The position numbers and the translations under genes are program-made. 64,000 nt of DNA from Clostridia bacterium (GTDB taxonomy: Bacteria > Bacillota > Peptococcia > Peptococcales > BICA1-8), in contig JASKKI010000004.1 in the NCBI GenBank assembly GCA_030154225.1, positions 2,710 through 66,709 on the forward strand. The letters run 5' to 3'. A model generated the notes under the pieces. That model was given only the letters and a program-made list of their open reading frames with translations, ran no database searches and was not told where the DNA came from. Shown here piece by piece: positions 57,466 through 64,000 of this stretch (position 1 is its first letter; each line of letters starts with the position of its first letter).

Positions 57466-58652
57466 TATTCATTCCCCCTTCCCGCTAGACCGGCAAGAAT
57501 TGATCCTCTGACTATTACACCTAATAGCTTCCTATTATCGTCTACAACAGCTAACGGGTATCTAATATCTGTCATCAATGAAAATAAATCATTGATTGGT
57601 GTATCAGGTTTTACCATTCTGATATCCTTTTCTATTATGTTTGTCAAATCCTTTTCTCCCCTTTTACTGGCTTCTACTGCCGCTTCTGCTAATACTACTC
57701 CTTCAACCTGATGTTCTCGATTAACTACAAAAATACTTGATATCCCTGCTTCTTGCATTTTTCTTAATGCAGTCCGGGGCCCGTCTTTAGGGTAAGCCAC
57801 GTTACCAGCTTTTTTCATTACACTTTGAGCAGTAAGTACTTTGGACATATCAACATTTTCTACAAATTTTTCTACATATTCTGTCGCAGGATTTGTAAGT
57901 ATTTCTTCCGGTGTGCCCTGCTGTACCACTTTTCCATCCTTCATTAAAATAATTCTATCTCCCAATTTTATAGCTTCATCTAAATCATGGGTAATAAATA
58001 CTATGGTTTTTTGCACCCTGTTTTGCAGTGCAATAAGCTCATCTTGCATTTCTCTTTTAATTAAAGGGTCCAATGCACTAAAGGCTTCATCCATCAATAA
58101 TATATCGGGATCCACGGCCAGAGCCCTGGCCAAACCTACTCTTTGCTGCATTCCGCCACTAAGTTGATCCGGATAACTATCCTCCCAACCTTTTAAACCA
58201 ACCAGTTCAAGGGCTTGTTTAGCCTTTTCTTGCCTGGTCGCAGAATCCACTCCCTGAATTTCTAAACCATATTCCGCATTTTCTAAAACGGTTTTATGGG
58301 GAAATAGGGCAAACCTTTGAAATACCATCGCAAATTTTTTTCTTCTTATTTCACGTAATTCATCCAATGACATTGCTGTTACTTCCTGACCATCAACATA
58401 AATTTTACCAGCTGTCGGCTCAATAAGTCTATTTAAACAACGAATTAATGTAGATTTACCACTACCTGACAAACCCATTATTACTAAAATTTCTCCTTTA
58501 TATACTTCAAAGGAAACTCCACCTACACCAACAGCTTGTCTGGTCTTGTTCATTATTTCGTCCTTAGTTAAACCTTTATTAAGTAATTCGACAGCTTTTT
58601 GAGCATTATTCCCAAAGACTTTAATTAAATTTTCTACCTTTATTTTTGGCAT
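57465..58652 (-). CDS. opuAA: glycine betaine ABC transporter ATPase with CBS pair
   Basis: GLSGSGKST, LSGGMQQRVGLARAL, ILLMDEAFSALD, and C-terminal CBS domains. Paralog of 30893-32071. Confidence 0.9.
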   Translation of the reverse strand: MPKIKVENLIKVFGNNAQKAVELLNKGLTKDEIMNKTRQAVGVGGVSFEVYKGEILVIMGLSGSGKSTLIRCLNRLIEPTAGKIYVDGQEVTAMSLDELREIRRKKFAMVFQRFALFPHKTVLENAEYGLEIQGVDSATRQEKAKQALELVGLKGWEDSYPDQLSGGMQQRVGLARALAVDPDILLMDEAFSALDPLIKREMQDELIALQNRVQKTIVFITHDLDEAIKLGDRIILMKDGKVVQQGTPEEILTNPATEYVEKFVENVDMSKVLTAQSVMKKAGNVAYPKDGPRTALRKMQEAGISSIFVVNREHQVEGVVLAEAAVEASKRGEKDLTNIIEKDIRMVKPDTPINDLFSLMTDIRYPLAVVDDNRKLLGVIVRGSILAGLAGRGNE

Positions 58653-58706
58653 AATCTATTCCTCTTTTCATTTTTTGCATAATACTTCCATAACAACCCA
58701 CAACCT

Positions 58707-58735
58707 ACATTCTATCATGGGAGTTTTTAGTAATC
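58707..58735 (-). promoter_or_regulatory. candidate promoter of opuA operon 2
   Basis: The minus strand reads TTGATT, a 17-nt spacer, then (TGa)TAGAAT. Confidence 0.5.
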
Positions 58736-59073
58736 AAACTTTATAAAATAGGCTGAGTTTTTGTGTATTCCATTTTTCTTACTTATTTTTACCTATTTTT
58801 TAATATGGTAACGATAACTACCTAAAATGGAATAAAGGCAAAAATAAAAGCCATTTACAATTGTATGTTGGAAATTTTTTTATTAGGTGATAAAGATGGA
58901 TTAATACATAGAAAAAATGAGTAAACAGGAGTAAATTACTTGAATAGTATTATAAATCATTTAAATACAAGATACTTTTATTTTTTCTTTGTTTATGATA
59001 AAATATAAGCAAACAACTTTAATTTATATGTCAAGTTGACTATAAATTTAAAATTCTTGAAAGGGGGAATCAT

Positions 59074-59238
59074 ATGGCATACAAGCTTGATTTTGCAATC
59101 AAGAAATTTATTCATGATTTAAACCAAAAAATCCAGGAAGCAAAAGAAACCGGTAAAAGTCAAGATTATTTAGAGGGTTTAAATAATGCACTAAAGATTA
59201 TGTTAGATACTGAAGAATGTATCGGTAAGTTGAATTAG
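59074..59238 (+). CDS. 54-aa hypothetical small protein
   Basis: The ATG follows AAAGGGGGA by 6 nt. Translation is MAYKLDFAIKKFIHDLNQKIQEAKETGKSQDYLEGLNNALKIMLDTEECIGKLN*. Below the ORF-track cut-off. Confidence 0.4.
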   Translation: MAYKLDFAIKKFIHDLNQKIQEAKETGKSQDYLEGLNNALKIMLDTEECIGKLN

Positions 59239-59297
59239 ATTAAATATACTTTCTGCTAAAATCGTGTTCTTTTGCATTTGAATTATACATTTCATAT

Positions 59298-59334
59298 AAA
59301 AAAGGTGTAAGAATAATGGCTTACACCTTTTTTC
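59298..59334. terminator. intrinsic terminator
   Basis: AAAGGTGTAAG / CTTACACCTTT 11-bp stem with an 8-nt loop and a T-run. An A-run upstream makes it usable in both directions. Confidence 0.8.
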
Positions 59335-59452
59335 ATTTCTTATCCTTTCATATGCATTAATTCCCTGTAAATTTATTAATCATTTCTGAACTTACCAGGA
59401 TAAAGATTCATATTATATAGTAGAAAATGTACCGGAAGGAGAGTTCATAAAT

Positions 59453-59596
59453 ATGAATACTATCCCTTGGCCATGGTATAATACCCATGTTCACTTTTAT
59501 TCCAATCGAACTACTGTTAATGATAATCATAGCCATTCCATGCGGGGTGTAACTTTTCCCGCAGTAGGAGGATTTGATAATCATGTTCATCTCTAA
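59453..59596 (+). CDS. 47-aa HxH-repeat mini-protein (YmaF-like)
   Basis: The ATG follows GGAAGGAGAG. Translation is MNTIPWPWYNTHVHFYSNRTTVNDNHSHSMRGVTFPAVGGFDNHVHL*, with three HxH motifs (HVH, HSH, HVH) as I recall for the YmaF family. Antisense to track ORF 59408-59602. Confidence 0.45.
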   Translation: MNTIPWPWYNTHVHFYSNRTTVNDNHSHSMRGVTFPAVGGFDNHVHL

Positions 59597-59636
59597 CTCC
59601 AAAATTATTTTTCTCCTTCTCTACTTCATTAATTAT

Positions 59637-59933
59637 TTAATTACTAGGTAACTTAACCATTCCCAATAAAGCCCTATAAGGACCCGGTGTACCAGGAGGA
59701 ATAAAGGCTACTCTATCTCCAGGTTTGACCCAACCATCTTCTAAAGATGATGCTAGACCATTTACAAATACCGCTTCAATCATATTTAATGGAAGTCCCA
59801 GCGTTTTGGCAAGATCAGAGGCTGAACACTCTTTTTCTAAACTATGATAAAAGGGAAAGGATAATCCTCTTTCATCACATACCTTTTTAAGAAAAGAAAA
59901 ACACCTTATCTCAACATCTTTTTGGTTTGTCAT
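59637..59933 (-). CDS. beta-grasp (MoaD/ThiS-like, ubiquitin-like) protein without a terminal Gly-Gly
   Basis: 98 aa. The VNGLASSLEDGWVKPGDRVAFIPPGTPGP pattern is typical of ThiS/MoaD-like folds. Ends ...VKLPSN. Confidence 0.55.
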   Translation of the reverse strand: MTNQKDVEIRCFSFLKKVCDERGLSFPFYHSLEKECSASDLAKTLGLPLNMIEAVFVNGLASSLEDGWVKPGDRVAFIPPGTPGPYRALLGMVKLPSN

Positions 59934-59986
59934 TTTTCTCCCTCCATACTTTTTCCTTGAGGTTAGGTTTTCACTAAAGAGAATTA

Positions 59987-61831
59987 TTATATTATTTCAT
60001 ATTTTTTTAAAGTTTCTTCACGGGGTATACCAAATTCATCCCAACCACGATATTCATAATATTGACCCAACATTTCTCCCAAATGGGGCAAGTTATCACC
60101 AGCTCCTCCTGTTCCCCTCTTATGACTTAATATTCTATAAGGTAAAACATCATCCTTTCTAGTTAGACCACACTTAACATTATATACTTTTTTTAAATTC
60201 ACAATTCTTGCACCTATTTCTAAAAATTCTTCCCTAGTTATATGCCAACCGGTTACTAAATTTAACCATTCAACTATGGTTTTAATTGTCTCATCACCTA
60301 AACCAAAAATAATAAATTTACAGCCTGTAAGGGAATCAAAAAGAGCCATTAAATCTTGAAGTTTAGCAACCAATTGGGCCTTACCCCGAATTGTAAAACG
60401 ATCAAGGGTTTCAGGATAACCTAATTCAGCCATAGATATACCATCTTCAAATTCATAAGAGAAAGCATTTAAGTGACAAGCACCCCGGGCACTTGTTGCA
60501 TAAGCCAGTGCATTACTATATTTAGCCCTAGGATCATGAGCAGGAAGGTCCAAACCTTTAACATGAACAACCAATTCCTGAGCTAGACCTCCTATCTTTT
60601 CAGCGGCTCTTCTAGTTCCTTCTCCTAATAGATAACCTAAATCTTCTCTAACCGCTATTTTATGAATCATTTTAATCATGGCCTCGGCATTACCCCAATC
60701 CAGTTGAATGCCACCCAGCTGTCTTTCCGTTATGATTCCTCTTTCATAGGCTTCCATAGCAAAAGAAATAGCCGCACCGGTACTAATGGTATCAAGTCCG
60801 TACCGGTTACATAACTCGTTGGCTTTGGCTATAGCTTCTAGGTCATCTATTAAACAGTTAGAACCTAACATCCCTATGGTTTCGTATTCTGGAGCAGCCC
60901 CTTCTACTCCTCTATATGGTCCTGATTCTACTTTTACTTCTCGACCACAACCAATTACACATTGAGCACAATGGTATTTTTTAACAAATAAGGTTTTTTT
61001 AAGCATTTCCCCCGATACTTTTTCCACCGAAGGAAAGGACCCTTCAGTCCAATTTTTTACCGGCAAATCTCCAATAGCTTCTACTGTTTCCAAACCTACT
61101 GCAGTACCGTAATCACTAAGAAGTTCAGTGTTTTTTCTTATTTTTCCAGCCCAATTGCGGATAGACTCTTTTAATTTTTCCGGCTCTACAATAGGGGGGC
61201 GTAAATTACCTTTTTTTACAACTATAGCCTTTAAATTTTTAGAACCCATCACAGCTCCAACCCCACAACGGCCGGCAGCCCTACCATCCTTCCCATCATT
61301 CATAATAGCGGCTATACGAACAAGGTTTTCTCCCGCAGGACCTATACAACAGGTAACTATATCATTACCCAATTCTTCTTTTAATTTAAGGTCGAGGTCA
61401 TAAGTATCTTCTCCCCAATAATTACTTGCATCTCTAATTTCTGCTTTCTTATTTTCTATATAAAGATAAACAGGTGAGGATGATTTACCAGTAATTATGA
61501 TTCCATCAATACCTGCCCGTTTAAGCATTGTACCCCAGGTTCCACCGGAATTTGCCTCACCGTAGGCACCGGTTAAAGGAGATTTGGTTACCACCTGGTA
61601 TCGTCCAAAGTTAGGTACATTAGTTCCTACCAACGGACCGGTCATAAATATTAAAACATTTTCGGGTCCAAGAGGATTAGTTGTCTCATTGGTTTCCTCA
61701 AAAAGAATTTTTGCTCCCAACCCACTCCCACCGATAAATTTCTTTAAAACTTCTTCACTAAAAGCCTGGTTACTTATTTGCTGTGTAGTTAAATCTACCC
61801 TTAAAAATCGACCCATATATCCACCGATCAT
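59987..61831 (-). CDS. aldehyde:ferredoxin oxidoreductase (tungstopterin AOR family)
   Basis: 614 aa. N-terminus GRFLRVDLTT...GGSGLGAKIL, with AOR_N plus AOR-domain layout throughout. Confidence 0.9.
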   Translation of the reverse strand: MIGGYMGRFLRVDLTTQQISNQAFSEEVLKKFIGGSGLGAKILFEETNETTNPLGPENVLIFMTGPLVGTNVPNFGRYQVVTKSPLTGAYGEANSGGTWGTMLKRAGIDGIIITGKSSSPVYLYIENKKAEIRDASNYWGEDTYDLDLKLKEELGNDIVTCCIGPAGENLVRIAAIMNDGKDGRAAGRCGVGAVMGSKNLKAIVVKKGNLRPPIVEPEKLKESIRNWAGKIRKNTELLSDYGTAVGLETVEAIGDLPVKNWTEGSFPSVEKVSGEMLKKTLFVKKYHCAQCVIGCGREVKVESGPYRGVEGAAPEYETIGMLGSNCLIDDLEAIAKANELCNRYGLDTISTGAAISFAMEAYERGIITERQLGGIQLDWGNAEAMIKMIHKIAVREDLGYLLGEGTRRAAEKIGGLAQELVVHVKGLDLPAHDPRAKYSNALAYATSARGACHLNAFSYEFEDGISMAELGYPETLDRFTIRGKAQLVAKLQDLMALFDSLTGCKFIIFGLGDETIKTIVEWLNLVTGWHITREEFLEIGARIVNLKKVYNVKCGLTRKDDVLPYRILSHKRGTGGAGDNLPHLGEMLGQYYEYRGWDEFGIPREETLKKYEII

Positions 61832-61852
61832 TTGCGTCCCCCTCTCTAAAAC

Positions 61853-62131
61853 TTAACCACCACACAATGGTGTAAGTAATTTTATGTTGGATTGGTCCTC
61901 TATGATATCAGTAAATGAAGCTAACTTACCATTAACTACTAAGATGGCCCTCGGTTTACCTTTTATTAATAAACCTTCTTCCTGCATTTTTTCCAATAAC
62001 CCGGGATAATCTTGATAAAGTTTATGGAGTACTTCCTCAAAAGTTGCCTGGTTTTGAGATAAGTTTACCCTTACCCTTTCTTGGTTCAATAATTTATTAA
62101 ATGGCGGTCCTAGTTTTAAATAGACTTCCAT
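61853..62131 (-). CDS. MoaD-family beta-grasp protein with C-terminal Gly-Gly
   Basis: 92 aa ending ...IKLLTPLCGG. Lies immediately upstream of the AOR gene. Confidence 0.7.
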   Translation of the reverse strand: MEVYLKLGPPFNKLLNQERVRVNLSQNQATFEEVLHKLYQDYPGLLEKMQEEGLLIKGKPRAILVVNGKLASFTDIIEDQSNIKLLTPLCGG

Positions 62132-62282
62132 AAATCACCACCCCACTAACCGACAACTTTAAATTTATTATATATATGTTTCTCACTCCAGTGTTAATTT
62201 TCCTGCCAAAAATCCACTTATAAGTAAGTAATAGGCACCCTTATCAATATAGAATAGGATAGATTTTGGTTTTCTAATACAT

Positions 62283-62307
62283 TAAAAACCAGGCCTGTTG
62301 GCCTGGT
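62283..62307 (-). terminator. intrinsic terminator after clpB
   Basis: ACCAGGCC-nnnn-GGCCTGGT hairpin with a T5 run on the minus strand. Confidence 0.85.
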
Positions 62308-62325
62308 CTTATTTTTATCTTCTTA

Positions 62326-64000
62326 CTATTCTTTTGGATTTTCCCAATCTAATTTCAATTCACCATTTCGGAAATCAATTGCTAGATGAGCTCCGTCAAA
62401 AATTTCACCACTAATTAATGCTCTGCCAATTAAAGTTTCTACATTTCTTTGCAGGAAACGTTTCAACGGCCTAGCTCCAAAAACCGGATCATAGCCTTCT
62501 TCAGCAATAAATTCTTTCGCTTTATCTGTGAGTTCTACGGTAATATGACGGTCTGCAAGGCGATTCCTTAAGTCATTAATCAAGAGTTCCACAATCTGAC
62601 CAATTTCTTTGGTATTAAGTGGTGTAAATAAAATAATATCATCTATACGGTTTAAAAATTCAGGACGGAAATGTAACCGGAGATCATTCATAACTTGGTC
62701 CCTAACTGTATCCCTTATTTCTCCATTTTCTTTTATTCCTTCTAAAAGATAGGTAGAACCAATGTTAGATGTCATAATAATAATTGTATTTTTAAAGTCA
62801 ACTGTTCTACCGTGGGAATCGGTGATTCTTCCATCATCCAGAACCTGAAGCAGTACGTTAAAGACATCTTGATGGGCCTTTTCAATCTCATCTAAAAGAA
62901 TAACAGAATATGGTTTTCTCCTTACTGCCTCTGTTAACTGGCCCCCTTCTTCATAGCCCACATACCCCGGAGGAGCCCCTATTAGCCTGGATACCGCATG
63001 TCTTTCCATATATTCACTCATATCGATACGAATGATATTTTCTTCTGAATCAAAGAGTGCTTCCGCTAAAGTTTTGGCCAGTTCTGTTTTACCGACACCT
63101 GTTGGACCTAAAAAGATGAAAGAACCTATGGGACGTCTCGGGTCTTTAATGCCTGCCCTGGCCCTGATTATAGCGTCACTCACCCGCTCCACAGCTTCAG
63201 ATTGACCTACAACCCGTCTATGCAATATCTCATCGAGCTTTAATAGTTTTTCCCTTTCCCCTTCAACTAGTTTGGCTAAAGGAATACCAGTCCACCTGGA
63301 AATAATCCGGGCTATTTCTTCTTCAGTAACTTCTTCCCTTAATAGAGAATTGTCCTTTCGATTTTCCGCTAATTTTATTTCTTCTTCCGCCAGTCTTTTT
63401 TCTATCTGGGGAAGTTTACCGTATTTTAGTTCCGCAGCCCTATTAAGATCATAATCCCTTTCAGCCCTTTCTATTTCCTGATGTACCTGTTCCAGTTCTT
63501 CCCTTAACTTTTGTACAGACTGGATAGCATTTTTCTCATTCTCCCATTGAGCCTTCATACTTGCTAATTTTTCCTTCAAATCTGCTAATTCTTTTTGCAG
63601 TTGTTCTAAACGTTCCTGACTAGCTCTGTCTTTTTCCTTTTTAAGGGCCGCTTCTTCAATTTCCAACTGCATAACTCTCCTAGCAACTTCATCTAATTCA
63701 GCGGGCATAGAATCTATCTCTGTTCTGATTAAAGCACAGGCTTCATCTACCAGATCAATGGCTTTATCAGGTAAAAAACGGTCAGTAATATATCTATTAG
63801 ATAGAACTGCCGCTGTTACCAGAGCATTATCATGTATTTTAACACCATGAAATACTTCAAAACGCTCCTTCAAACCTCTTAGGATAGAAATGGTATCTTC
63901 TACACTGGGTTCATCAACCATAACAGGCTGGAATCTTCTTTCCAGAGCAGCATCTTTTTCAATATATTTCCGGTATTCATCTAGGGTAGTGGCTCCTATA
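62326..64000 (-). CDS. clpB: ATP-dependent chaperone ClpB (5'-truncated by the window edge)
   Basis: The frame stays open upstream of the listed Met to the window end ([24 protein letters not shown]). Coiled-coil M-domain, second AAA+ module with GPTGVGKT, and [10 protein letters not shown]. Confidence 0.9.
   Translation of the reverse strand, partial: IGATTLDEYRKYIEKDAALERRFQPVMVDEPSVEDTISILRGLKERFEVFHGVKIHDNALVTAAVLSNRYITDRFLPDKAIDLVDEACALIRTEIDSMPAELDEVARRVMQLEIEEAALKKEKDRASQERLEQLQKELADLKEKLASMKAQWENEKNAIQSVQKLREELEQVHQEIERAERDYDLNRAAELKYGKLPQIEKRLAEEEIKLAENRKDNSLLREEVTEEEIARIISRWTGIPLAKLVEGEREKLLKLDEILHRRVVGQSEAVERVSDAIIRARAGIKDPRRPIGSFIFLGPTGVGKTELAKTLAEALFDSEENIIRIDMSEYMERHAVSRLIGAPPGYVGYEEGGQLTEAVRRKPYSVILLDEIEKAHQDVFNVLLQVLDDGRITDSHGRTVDFKNTIIIMTSNIGSTYLLEGIKENGEIRDTVRDQVMNDLRLHFRPEFLNRIDDIILFTPLNTKEIGQIVELLINDLRNRLADRHITVELTDKAKEFIAEEGYDPVFGARPLKRFLQRNVETLIGRALISGEIFDGAHLAIDFRNGELKLDWENPKE

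Noticed and set aside
59408-59602. 64-aa minus-strand ORF from the track.
   Set aside because: It has no SD. The opposite strand carries a better-supported SD-preceded 47-aa HxH-repeat ORF at 59453-59596.
62132-62280. Possible Moco/tungsten-cofactor riboswitch upstream of the MoaD-AOR operon.
   Set aside because: I could not find the conserved Moco-motif blocks or a convincing multi-helix fold in the minus-strand leader. The region is AT-rich and looks like an ordinary promoter and leader. An Rfam RF01055 scan would settle it.
1-64000. Scan for tRNA/rRNA genes, transposases, integrases, phage or defence-system genes.
   Set aside because: None recognised. No T-arm GGTTCGA-type motifs in a cloverleaf context, no IS terminal inverted repeats flanking ORFs, and no nuclease/helicase/methylase clusters.

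Overview
Visibly AT-rich chromosomal window with the gene content of an anaerobic, probably halophilic, Firmicute-like bacterium. That placement is inferred from an SLH/Ig-like envelope protein, two OpuA-type glycine-betaine ABC operons, a tungsten-type aldehyde:ferredoxin oxidoreductase, and a 2-oxoacid:ferredoxin oxidoreductase with ptb/buk. I support about 60 protein genes, mostly housekeeping or metabolic: panCD, cbiMNQO, thrC, split transketolase, speD, lplA, pepF, polX, and clpB (partial). There are two clear riboswitches, a lysine L-box at about 3221-3466 (+) and a cobalamin riboswitch at about 40513-40785 (-), plus many intrinsic terminators. I saw no rRNA, tRNA, CRISPR array, transposase, integrase or phage genes. 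I could not find a convincing novel multi-gene system such as a defence island. The most unusual items are: (1) an L-box that drives only a stand-alone 57-aa Cys-rich mini-ORF with its own terminator, next to a divergent second mini zinc-ribbon ORF with the same Cys spacing; (2) two neighbouring transporter operons that each carry one disabling lesion, an in-frame TAA in an OpuAC gene and a -1 frameshift at an A5 run in an ABC-2 permease; (3) three beta-grasp (MoaD/ThiS-like) ORFs next to redox enzymes, two of them flanking the AOR gene; (4) a compact structured leader with an anti-SD segment upstream of speD; (5) candidate operators, namely a GGAACA/TGTTCC array in the buk leader, a perfect 18-bp palindrome at the transketolase promoter, and a Fur/Zur-like box at an orphan znuA-like gene. 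All functional calls rest on motif or family recognition by eye. No searches were run.
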